Assembly (NCBI GenBank): GCA_937863565.1
Contig: CALMGJ010000017.1
Span: 1-46,580, forward strand
From: an uncultured bacterium
GTDB taxonomy: Bacteria; AUK180
Length of the DNA: 46,580 bases
Reading direction: 5' to 3'
Below are positions 10,401-18,235 of the stretch, piece after piece. The notes beneath the pieces are model-generated. The model worked only from the letters and a program-made list of their open reading frames with translations, was not told the DNA's origin and did no database searches. The position numbers and the translations under genes were made by a program. Numbering within the stretch: the stretch's first letter is position 1; the number at the start of each line of letters is the position of its first letter.

Positions 10401-13400
10401 GGCAATACCTATGTATTTATGCTGAGAACGGGTGATGAGGCGAACAACTATTCGTATTCAGAAGCATTGGTAAAATACCTTCCTATCGCGCCCTGCGGCG
10501 ATTATACGGGGAAACTCTGGCTTCTTGCGATATGGCCGGAATCCAACTGGTATCCCGAGATGGGTTATTATCAGGCTGCGCTTGATGCCAACTCTATCGT
10601 TTTCGATCTTGCCGTTAACAATCTGCCCGGCGATCTTTCCGGTTATGACGTTATCATCAATGTTGCCGGTTGTTGGGCATCTTGGGACAGCGATGGTTAC
10701 GAGAAAGTGGGAACGGCCGGTTCTTCGGAACAGACGGCCTTGAACGATTTCATAGTCAATCAGGGTAAATCTGCGGCATTTAACTTCGGCTGGAACTCGA
10801 TATTCTGGGACCAGTTCGATTATGCCTGGATCAATACGATTGCCGGTCCGGGCCTCGACGGCGATTATACTGACGACTATCAGGACAGGGCCTGGACATA
10901 TACCAAAGTGGGCGGCACCTACGGTACGGCGAATTACGGCACATATGACCGCAATTACGGCGAGTATTATGATGATGCCTGCGACTATGCCACCGCACCT
11001 CTCGGCACCGTCGCCTATACGGACGGCACGACGAAGAACAATTACAGAAAGATAGTGGAAAAGGTCTCCGGTTCTTCAAGGAGACTTTATGCTTCGATGT
11101 CCCTCGGCGGCTGGACAACCCCGGCCAACAGGAACACGGTCATACTTGACCACAGGAACTTCTTTGATCCGACATATACGCCTCCTGCCGATACCTGCCG
11201 CCCGAATCCGATCGACGATCTTACAGCAGCGCTCCATCCTACAGCCGGATCCGTGTGGCTTTTCTGGACAGCCCCGGGCGATGACTGGAGAGTGGAAGGC
11301 GGTACGGGAAAATGCGTATCCTACGCAGTGAAAAGATCTGCAAACCCGATCAGGGTCGATGACGCACCGTACACGACAACGACAACGAATTTTAATGCGG
11401 CAGCGACGCCCGGCGGTACGGTTCCGACCCCTTCATATGCAGGGACTGCGGAAAAGATGCTGACGACCGGCTCGACCACCGGCGCAGGATACTATTTCAA
11501 TATCAGGGCTGCGGATGAAGGCCCGAGATATTCTTATTCCAATGATGCATATATATATCTGCCCTCTTCGATGGCCTCGCCTAAGATACTCGTACTTGAC
11601 ACGTCGCAGCCCGGTATGACCACATGGGGCGCTCAGATGGGTATCTACGAGGGCTGGCCTCTTGATAACGGCATACCCGGGGACATGAGGGCCATGCCTA
11701 CGGTGAGAGCGCTTCAGAACCTCGGGTTCACAGCGGCTTATATACAGGATTCAACGGCCAACAGGGTTGCCAGCGCGGCTCTTCTCGGCTCGCTCTCGAA
11801 TTACGATATATTCTTCTACTTCGGGTTTACATGGGATCCGACCGACCGACTTCCGTCCGCCGACGACACGAATATTTACAATTTTATTAATACGAGCGGC
11901 AAGAGAATGTTTATAGAAGATAACTACGGATACATGTATTACGGTTACGGCGAAGAAGACCTCGACGTGGGCGGCAATGAAGAGGAGATCTGGTGGGATT
12001 CCATGTCGGCCGACTGGTACGGATACTCTCCCGGCGGCAATACCGGAGGTATCAAAGCCCTTTACGGAACTGATTTCCAGGGTATCGCGAAAAGCATGAA
12101 ATTCCTCTACAATAACCAGAGCTCCGCGGATCATAACTGCTCGTATGTGGAACCGAGGAATACAGCGGAAGCCGGCCCTGTCCTCAGGGTCGCCGAGATC
12201 GCGTCAAGATACACAACAACGGTAGCGATAGACGATACATTCGTAGTTGCCAGATATGCTCCGGGTGTGAATATCAAGACCATGACAAGCGGTCTCTATA
12301 TCGGCTCGTGCACGCCTTATGATGATTCGATATTTGCCGGTTCGACATTTACGAACCTTATCAAAAATATCATGACCTTCTTCGGATTCGGAGGCAATGT
12401 CGCACTCTCCGGCAATAACCCGTATCTGGCGCCCATCTGGTCCGCCGACGGGAATGATGCGTTTTACATTTATTCTTATTACGGTTCTGCGCCGGCGCTC
12501 TACAGGGCGAATGATATAGCATGGGGTGAATATAACAGCACATACAAGTTTACAAGGGTGGATACCACACTGCACCACGGTTCGAACATTACAACGGACG
12601 GCACTTATATCTATTATGGAAGATATAATGCCACCGAAACGGGACTTGAGATCTACAGAGTTCCCTGCGCGGATAATGTGAACCCTGCAGCATATTATCC
12701 TCACGGCATCCTCGGCGGCGCAACACCTGACGTGATCAGGTGGTACGATCCCGATTTCGCGCCTGCTGCCGCATTCTCCGATAATAAAGGAAGACTTGTT
12801 GCCTGCCATGCCGGCGAACTTGTTTCGTACATATCCTATGGCTGGACCCCGAGCAATGCAACAACGCTTGACGCGATAAGGATCACGAGATTCCAGGCGG
12901 ATATCGAGGATGACGATACGATAGAACCGAAATGTTATCAGCCCAGGTGGTCGCCGGACGGCGATTCGGTGGTCTTCGTTTACAGGCCTCCCGTATCCTC
13001 CGGTGTTTCCAAATCGGGCGTTTATGTCATCAACGGCGTAAAGGACATCATCGCAGCCGGCAGCGTTCCCGTATCTGACGATATTTGGGTCAAGAGCCTT
13101 GCCGACACAAGGGTCTATACCTGCTATGCGATCACGAGGCATCCTGCCTGGTCGCCTTCCTTCTCTCAGGACGGCTCCCTGGTGGCATTCTCCGTCGACA
13201 TACTCGACCAGTTCAACAATAAAACGTTCCTGACCACACCGCTGTCTCAGCTTGAGAACTCCAATTTTGAAGTTTACATGAAGGAATGGGAAGACAGGAC
13301 CTCATTCGAGTCGACGCTTCTTACTACGGATAATAACGAAGCGTTCGTTCAGTGGGCTCCTGAAGGCGGAAACAAACTTCTCCAGGGCACAAATGAAAAA

Positions 13401-14240
13401 ACATCTAAGCTCTATACGCTTGCGGCCTTCTCCGATACGAACAATGAGATCGGCGGCTGGGCGAGCAAAGCTGACGGCACCTACGGCACGGAGATCAGGG
13501 ATTATGCGAACACGTCCCTTAGGATCAAGGGCGAGATATCCGAGTACGGGATCGATACGATAAAGATCCTGCCCACAGGTACGGATCCGAACATACCTGA
13601 AGGATATAAGTATTACGGCGCTTCGAGGAAGATCACATCTGTTCCCGCCTCGCAGGATATCATAAACGGCGGAGAACTCAAACTCCACTATGTGAAGAAA
13701 GCGATGGTAGGCCATAATGCGGATAAATACAGATTAGGCCTTTTCTTCCTTGATAATGGCAAACTCAGAGAGATCGATGCAACATTCACGGAGAACGACC
13801 TCTCCGGATGGGCATTCGCAAAGATCGAAAAATACGGCGATTACTATATACTCGGCATTCCGAAAGCCGCGGCTGTTACAGACCTCTCCAAGGTAAGGGT
13901 CTTCCCGAACCCGTGCAGAGTGGGCGCGGTTGACGGCACGGTCAATGTGGAGGGCGTTGTGATCGATACGCTTCCCGATAATGTCACCGAGGTCAATATC
14001 TATAATATCGCCGGCGAAAAAGTCGCAACAATGGGCAATGCGGTTGAGTTTAAGGATACGGACACTGCACTCTCTACCTGCCCGACCGACTATATCGATA
14101 CATGGGATGTCCTCAATGCTAAGGCTTACTGGAACGGTAAGAACGATGACGGCGAAAGCGTTGCGCACGGCGTATATGTGATCGTCATGAAGCTTGCCGA
14201 CGGTAAGACAGTATACAAGAAGGTTGCTGTCATTAAATAA
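7440..14240 (+). CDS. Giant secreted modular S8 (subtilisin-like) serine peptidase with repeated accessory modules, a TolB/PD40-like propeller and a C-terminal T9SS type A/FlgD-Ig-like domain
   Basis: Signal peptide MKKCMLVILALILSISVSA; triad D (INDSG, 8058), H (GHGT, 8235), S (GTSFSSP, 8793), oxyanion STGNEG; two WTAPGDD FN3-like units; PxWSxDG repeats; C-terminal VFPNP...IYNIAGEKV...WNGKNDDGESVAHGVY...KKVAVIK. Confidence 0.9.
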   Translation: MKKCMLVILALILSISVSAFDKEDWNTDNGPMILSRYDLQKNFSEEDYQEVKSGDVVFFKPRLKVGEVKELCPGFKVTLVRHLSNGKPTLVWADRIYVRFKGQDSISYEKANALLKTLGARILPQYRVSDETAFSVFVPDGETVESLTAKLNKLSEVEYAEPYQVYYTHYTPTDPNYSSQWHHPLVQMPDAWNITFGDPGTVFEINDSGFSLYTLAGDAYIKTGSSYVVSNELQHIAADRATYEHNPGPNRDLTRGDNYPNDEFGHGTDISNLIFADMNDGQYGCGVAPELKILPVKSGSCDGLIYSGNAGIDFGRTNGAKVVNCSYGGHTADSTSRTTVNNAWLAGMIVAASTGNEGDTTDWTVGFPGGYINALAAGATTSTGGRASFSCYGWGVTAGFQNTEEGETFCVAPGSSLYNLQMQYSTYSGGAYLCATADPTNQTWSGSTTGTSFSSPILGALAALMYSLGASDPATIRDIIANTCDHTSNGRVSPTATSSISGANTYSEQYGHGMVQFADALNQVTPAPYLVYLSKTFSDATGGDNDGIPEPGEAVQITVSLQNTGKVGDSNSTATNISATFSTADYYAMVSESASAFSDIIGGGTGAASDPFTLEISAFCPNLHDIEISMYITAKYSSGTKDYSATRTFKLTCGSTPVIIVDVDSGAAVNGYQINSEERLGYSLSALNWTYEIVNSAPADLAYPRFNTVFVCLGNWGYYSSARSSSGDFQVMTSEETNALKNFVDTGGMLYMEGAGEAQRYGGTALWTHFGTNYTGDTTRDYYTGNITTVTGIAATVGARVTATTAYENNATNPGWGAYTDSFNTPLTVTSATSAVTSAGPQGNGLARVAQRDVTNPAGKTIWSDILFSGIATTVASSTVRNNYMDDILDFFGQSTNPTDTTPPADTELSITLNKFVGGKGTIYWTAPGDDEMNGWLANANPYTMRYVLDNAAPYTIDFASATDLTGEPAAAAYPGLAQSMAISLTAGNTYVFMLRTGDEANNYSYSEALVKYLPIAPCGDYTGKLWLLAIWPESNWYPEMGYYQAALDANSIVFDLAVNNLPGDLSGYDVIINVAGCWASWDSDGYEKVGTAGSSEQTALNDFIVNQGKSAAFNFGWNSIFWDQFDYAWINTIAGPGLDGDYTDDYQDRAWTYTKVGGTYGTANYGTYDRNYGEYYDDACDYATAPLGTVAYTDGTTKNNYRKIVEKVSGSSRRLYASMSLGGWTTPANRNTVILDHRNFFDPTYTPPADTCRPNPIDDLTAALHPTAGSVWLFWTAPGDDWRVEGGTGKCVSYAVKRSANPIRVDDAPYTTTTTNFNAAATPGGTVPTPSYAGTAEKMLTTGSTTGAGYYFNIRAADEGPRYSYSNDAYIYLPSSMASPKILVLDTSQPGMTTWGAQMGIYEGWPLDNGIPGDMRAMPTVRALQNLGFTAAYIQDSTANRVASAALLGSLSNYDIFFYFGFTWDPTDRLPSADDTNIYNFINTSGKRMFIEDNYGYMYYGYGEEDLDVGGNEEEIWWDSMSADWYGYSPGGNTGGIKALYGTDFQGIAKSMKFLYNNQSSADHNCSYVEPRNTAEAGPVLRVAEIASRYTTTVAIDDTFVVARYAPGVNIKTMTSGLYIGSCTPYDDSIFAGSTFTNLIKNIMTFFGFGGNVALSGNNPYLAPIWSADGNDAFYIYSYYGSAPALYRANDIAWGEYNSTYKFTRVDTTLHHGSNITTDGTYIYYGRYNATETGLEIYRVPCADNVNPAAYYPHGILGGATPDVIRWYDPDFAPAAAFSDNKGRLVACHAGELVSYISYGWTPSNATTLDAIRITRFQADIEDDDTIEPKCYQPRWSPDGDSVVFVYRPPVSSGVSKSGVYVINGVKDIIAAGSVPVSDDIWVKSLADTRVYTCYAITRHPAWSPSFSQDGSLVAFSVDILDQFNNKTFLTTPLSQLENSNFEVYMKEWEDRTSFESTLLTTDNNEAFVQWAPEGGNKLLQGTNEKTSKLYTLAAFSDTNNEIGGWASKADGTYGTEIRDYANTSLRIKGEISEYGIDTIKILPTGTDPNIPEGYKYYGASRKITSVPASQDIINGGELKLHYVKKAMVGHNADKYRLGLFFLDNGKLREIDATFTENDLSGWAFAKIEKYGDYYILGIPKAAAVTDLSKVRVFPNPCRVGAVDGTVNVEGVVIDTLPDNVTEVNIYNIAGEKVATMGNAVEFKDTDTALSTCPTDYIDTWDVLNAKAYWNGKNDDGESVAHGVYVIVMKLADGKTVYKKVAVIK

Positions 14241-14248
14241 CGGATCGA

Positions 14249-14270
14249 GGGGAGGCCTCCGGGCCTCCCC
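14249..14270 (+). other. GC-rich intercistronic hairpin without a U-tract (mRNA stabiliser or partial terminator)
   Basis: GGGGAGGCC-TCCG-GGCCTCCCC, a perfect 9-bp stem between the protease stop and the PorV-like gene. Confidence 0.6.
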
Positions 14271-14321
14271 CCTTGCTCTCTTTGAGCGGCTCTTTTTAAA
14301 AAAATGTGGAGGTATTTTGAT

Positions 14322-15215
14322 ATGAAGAAACTTACGATGGTGTTAGTTTCACTTGTTATTTTATCTACAATGGCTTTTTCAGAAGGCGCCGGGACCACCG
14401 GTGCTCCGTTTTTGAAGATCCCGGTGGGCGCGAAAGCGGGCGCTTTGGGAGACGCCATTGTTGCAGCGCCTTTAGGCGCGGAGTCCATTTTCTGGAACAT
14501 AGGCGCGCTTGCATTCCAGGAAGGGCTGAGCTTCAATGCATCCTATCAGGACTGGCTTGCCGATATCAGCACCCAGTATGTCGGCCTGTCTTTCACGCAG
14601 GGTGATCTCGGCACGATAGGCCTCGGTTTCGTCAATCTCGGCATGGGTGAGATGGATGAGACGACGATCACGGATCCCGATGGCACAGGAGAAACATTCT
14701 CCGCGAGCGATATGGCACTCACCCTTGCCTATGCGAAAAGATTCGGCGAGCAGATCGGGTTCGGTTTAGGTCTTAAGTACATTACCCAGAAGATCGCCGA
14801 AGACAGTGCGACGGCATTTACCGCCGACATCGGTATGAAGTTCAAACTGAACGACCAGATGTCGATCGGCCTTGCCGCCCAGAATCTCTTCGGCGAGATC
14901 GGCTTTACCGAGAAATTCCCTCTTCCTATGATCTTGAGGGGCGGCGTGATCTTTGCTGCGACTGAAGCCTTGAACGTACTGGCCGAGATCGACTATCATG
15001 CGGATACCGGCATGAAATATTCAGCCGGTGCCGAATATGTCATCAAAGACATGATCGCGGTCAGACTCGGTTATAAAGGCGGTTACAGCGTAGACGGCAT
15101 TACTGCAGGCCTTGGTGTGAAATTCAGCATGATCAATGTTGATTTCTCTTACGGGCTCGTTTCTGAAGAAGCATTGAACAATATAATGAAGTTCTCTCTC
15201 GGACTTCATTTCTAA
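14322..15215 (+). CDS. PorV/PorQ-family (UPF0164-like) outer-membrane beta-barrel protein
   Basis: SD GGAGG at 14308; signal peptide; FLKIPVGAKAGALGDA...IFWN.GAL N-terminal signature; alternating beta-strands; terminal Phe (FSLGLHF). Confidence 0.85.
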   Translation: MKKLTMVLVSLVILSTMAFSEGAGTTGAPFLKIPVGAKAGALGDAIVAAPLGAESIFWNIGALAFQEGLSFNASYQDWLADISTQYVGLSFTQGDLGTIGLGFVNLGMGEMDETTITDPDGTGETFSASDMALTLAYAKRFGEQIGFGLGLKYITQKIAEDSATAFTADIGMKFKLNDQMSIGLAAQNLFGEIGFTEKFPLPMILRGGVIFAATEALNVLAEIDYHADTGMKYSAGAEYVIKDMIAVRLGYKGGYSVDGITAGLGVKFSMINVDFSYGLVSEEALNNIMKFSLGLHF

Positions 15216-15230
15216 ACCAGAAAGTATTAC

Positions 15231-15259
15231 GCGGGGGAATATCGCATTCCCCCGCTTTT
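15231..15259 (+). terminator. Rho-independent terminator
   Basis: GCGGGGGAAT-ATCGC-ATTCCCCCGC followed by TTTT. Confidence 0.85.
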
Positions 15260-15740
15260 CCTTCTTCCCGCGTTTCGTTTTGATTTAATTTAATACGCTT
15301 TTTTATCTTTCATTATTCATTTTTTCCGTTATTCCCGTAAATTCCATCGCGTCATTCCCGACCCGATCGGGAATCCACCTCTTTAAATACCGGATCATCG
15401 GATCCAGCCCGACAATGACAGCGGTGTGCTTCATTATTCATTTACATAATTATTAATTATCCATTCCCTCTTTATCCTCCAACCTCTATTTGTCCGCTCC
15501 GCTTCATTACTCTGTTAACGTGTTTATTTTATATTTCTTTAACTCTCAACTGTCAACTCTAAACTGTCGCCTCTTTCTTTATCCTCTAAATTCCAGCCTC
15601 TAACCTCTGCTTCACATTTTTCACTTTTCTTTTTTCATTATTCACTGTGCTCTGTTTAATTGTCAATTCTCAATTGTCAATTATTTATTATAAACTTTCA
15701 ACTCTCAACTCTTTCTCTATCCCCCAACTTCTCGCCGCTT
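15260..15740. repeat. Pyrimidine-rich mosaic of several 7-bp repeat families
   Basis: ttcattattca at 15309, 15430 and 15634; tcaactc/tcaactg runs (15541-15567, 15693-15711); tcaattc/tcaattg run (15656-15683); aacctct/tatcctc units. Confidence 0.75.
15351..15420. repeat. REP-like palindrome dimer (CGTC-type, dRS3-like core)
   Basis: GTCATTCCCGACCCGATCGGGAATCCA-spacer-CCGGATCATCGGATCCAGCCCGACAATGACA; terminal GTCATT/AATGAC inverted repeat. Confidence 0.75.
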
Positions 15741-15746
15741 TCAGAT

Positions 15747-15775
15747 TTGAATAAAAATCCGAATTCAATTATAAT
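15747..15775 (+). promoter_or_regulatory. Sigma70 promoter, probably giving a leaderless era transcript
   Basis: TTGAAT-17 bp-TATAAT; ATG 15782 lies 6 nt downstream and has no SD. Confidence 0.65.
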
Positions 15776-15781
15776 AACATT

Positions 15782-16654
15782 ATGAAGACTGGTTTTATCG
15801 GCATTATTGGCAGGCCTAATGCGGGAAAATCGACATTTTTAAATGCCGTGCTTGAAGTCCCTCTTTCACCGGTCTCCAGAAAAGCGCAAACTACAAGGAA
15901 CAGGATAACCGGCATACTGAACAGGTCCCAAGCGCAATACATCTTCTTTGATACGCCCGGTATTACCGGAATGGAAAAACCGTTGAACAGGATCCTCAAC
16001 AATACGGCCCGGGGAACACTTGAGCTTTCCGATGTGGTGCTGTATTTCATCGATTCCAGGAATTTCTCCGCCGATCCTGAATTGACGGCGCTTTTTTCGC
16101 GTTCGAAGAAACCCGTGATAACCGTTTTGAATAAGACCGACGCAGTAAAAAAAGAAGGACTTCTTCCCATAATGGAAAAACTATCGGGATTCGATTTCAT
16201 AAAAGAGATAATCCCGGTCTCCGCGCTCAAGAAGAAAGGTCTGGAAAGGCTTTTAAACACTATTGCAGAATACCTTCCCGAATCTGATATGCTGTATCCG
16301 GAGGAATATGTTTCGGCCAATCCGGAAAAATTCCTCATCGCTGAAGCGATAAAAGGTGCGATCTTCAAGAAAACCAGCAAGGAAGTGCCGTATTCCTGCG
16401 CCGTGTACGTTGAGAAAGTGGAGGAAAAGAAAAATATTATCGTGGCATACTGCACCATTTTTACGGCCCGTGAATCGCAGAAAGGGATCATTATAGGAAA
16501 AGCGGGGGCTATGGTGAAAAGAATAGGGATGAAATCCAGAGCGGACCTTGAGGAATTGTTCGGAAAGAAATTCTTTCTTGAACTATATGTGAAAACAAAA
16601 AAGAACTGGCAGAAGGACAATAATTTTTTAAGAATGCTGGGGTATATAGAATGA
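15782..16654 (+). CDS. era: GTPase Era
   Basis: GRPNAGKST, QTTRNRI, DTPG, NKTD, VSA; KH domain ESQKGIIIGKAG. Confidence 0.97.
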   Translation: MKTGFIGIIGRPNAGKSTFLNAVLEVPLSPVSRKAQTTRNRITGILNRSQAQYIFFDTPGITGMEKPLNRILNNTARGTLELSDVVLYFIDSRNFSADPELTALFSRSKKPVITVLNKTDAVKKEGLLPIMEKLSGFDFIKEIIPVSALKKKGLERLLNTIAEYLPESDMLYPEEYVSANPEKFLIAEAIKGAIFKKTSKEVPYSCAVYVEKVEEKKNIIVAYCTIFTARESQKGIIIGKAGAMVKRIGMKSRADLEELFGKKFFLELYVKTKKNWQKDNNFLRMLGYIE

Positions 16655-17028
16655 ATAAGGTCTTCATTTCATTGAGATCGGAAGTGGAAACGCGCTTTCA
16701 AGCGGTTTTAAAAATCTGTTCCCAGGCCGGAATAGAGGACCGATCCCTAACCCTCCTTCTAAAAAGGGAACGAGAGGGCAACACTTTCATAGGTTCGCGC
16801 ACGGCCCTTCCTCATGCTGTAGCCCCAGGTTCCGGAGAAATCCTCGTTTACGCCAAACTCCGCAAACCTGTTCAGTGGGGAGGGAAGAGAAGCGAGACAG
16901 CGGACTTCATTTTCCTTATCGTTGCGCCGTCGCGCGCCGAAGTAAAACGGATCATGGCGGATACGGCCTTCAAGATCATAAAGAAAGGTCCGGATTTAAC
17001 GAAAAAGATCTTCCTGGAGGAGTTCTGA
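16651..17028 (+). CDS. PTS sugar transporter/nitrogen-regulatory IIA domain protein
   Basis: REREGNTFIGSRTALPHA containing the phosphorylatable His; LRKPVQWG, FIFLIVAP. Confidence 0.85.
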   Translation: MNKVFISLRSEVETRFQAVLKICSQAGIEDRSLTLLLKREREGNTFIGSRTALPHAVAPGSGEILVYAKLRKPVQWGGKRSETADFIFLIVAPSRAEVKRIMADTAFKIIKKGPDLTKKIFLEEF

Positions 17029-17033
17029 GCTCC

Positions 17034-18227
17034 ATGGGGAAAAGGGCCGTTCTATTAGCCGCGCTTGCGTTATGCTGCGTTCTTGCTGCCACAGAGGACT
17101 ACAAATATTTCCGTAAACAGTATTTCTACTATAAGGATATCGGGCCCTTAGTCTACCATGTTGTAAAGATCGAACGCAATTCCAATCTTGTTCCGGTCAT
17201 TCAGGCTGTTCCGGACCCGAAAACAGAAACATTAAGCGGTATAATAAAGGATACGGGCAGCGTTATAGGATTGAACGGCGGCTTTTTCGGTACTGAGAAC
17301 AATGAGATTCTCGGGATCATGACAGCCTTCGGTAGGATCATTTCGAATAAAAAAGTAATGGGCCGGGGAAGTTTTACTATCGACAGATCCGGCCATCCGG
17401 GTGTTGAATTTATCAGCAATCAGGATATCGGCGCCGGCAGGGCTCTTTTTTACAAATACATACTGTCGGGGGGAAATATCATCCTGAAGAACGGGCAGAA
17501 CAGCGGAGGGAAAGGTGAACTGCATCCTATGACGGCTATCGGGATCTCTTCAGATTCATATTTTCTCTTTGCAGCGGAGGGCCGGAGCCTCCTTTCTTTC
17601 GGGATAAATGAATACGCCATAGGCGAGATCCTGCGCTCTCTCGGATGTACGGAAGCCGTAGCGATGGACGGCGGAGGTTCTACTGAACTTGCCGTCAATG
17701 AGGACGGCCGCGTTAAAATAATGAACAAAGTGGCCGGAGGTTCGGAAAGGCCGATAAAGACAGCTATTCTTTTCCGGAGGATGGAAAAAGCCGGCATCGC
17801 TCTGCCCGTTTCGGTGACCGATATGAAAAATTGCCTGGTCCTTTCGGAAAAATTCGAAGGAAAGGGGTATGCGCTTTCCGTAATCCCGTCAGGGAACGGG
17901 AATATATGCATAGAGATCGGCGATAAGGTAAGGAATATGACCTTCTCGGGATCCGAAAAGCAGGTGGACGATATCGTGATCGATAATTCAAGGGAGAAAA
18001 GTCCCTTCCCGGTGAAGATATTATGCAGTGGTTTTCCCATTGATAAGGTGCCGGCGGGGAAGAATACGGTTTTCCGGGTAAACAACGGATTCGACAGATT
18101 TTCTCTTCTTGAGCGTTCAGAGAAGGAGTATCTGGTAAGGGCGGCTCTTGAGGACATACTGGCCTGCGATGAAACACTGCTCTTTTTTTTGATTTATAGA
18201 ACGCTTGATGATATAATACAAGAATAG
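17034..18227 (+). CDS. Exported phosphodiester glycosidase (NAGPA/DUF2233) family protein
   Basis: Start at 17034 (SD GGAGG 17016) gives a signal peptide; LNGGFF, HPMTAIG, EGRS, AVAMDGGGST, ERPI motifs. Confidence 0.8.
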   Translation: MGKRAVLLAALALCCVLAATEDYKYFRKQYFYYKDIGPLVYHVVKIERNSNLVPVIQAVPDPKTETLSGIIKDTGSVIGLNGGFFGTENNEILGIMTAFGRIISNKKVMGRGSFTIDRSGHPGVEFISNQDIGAGRALFYKYILSGGNIILKNGQNSGGKGELHPMTAIGISSDSYFLFAAEGRSLLSFGINEYAIGEILRSLGCTEAVAMDGGGSTELAVNEDGRVKIMNKVAGGSERPIKTAILFRRMEKAGIALPVSVTDMKNCLVLSEKFEGKGYALSVIPSGNGNICIEIGDKVRNMTFSGSEKQVDDIVIDNSREKSPFPVKILCSGFPIDKVPAGKNTVFRVNNGFDRFSLLERSEKEYLVRAALEDILACDETLLFFLIYRTLDDIIQE

Positions 18228-18235
18228 GAGACCCC

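Noticed and set aside
12204-13142. 312-aa and other antisense ORFs inside the S8 protease gene
   Set aside because: They lie opposite a well-supported gene and have no recognisable domains or translation signals.
15216-15781. tRNA, riboswitch or small CDS in the long intergenic region
   Set aside because: No cloverleaf or known aptamer recognised and no ORF in the track; the sequence is explained by a terminator, REP dimer, heptamer blocks and the era promoter.
15769-16620. 283-aa minus-strand ORF
   Set aside because: Shadow of era.
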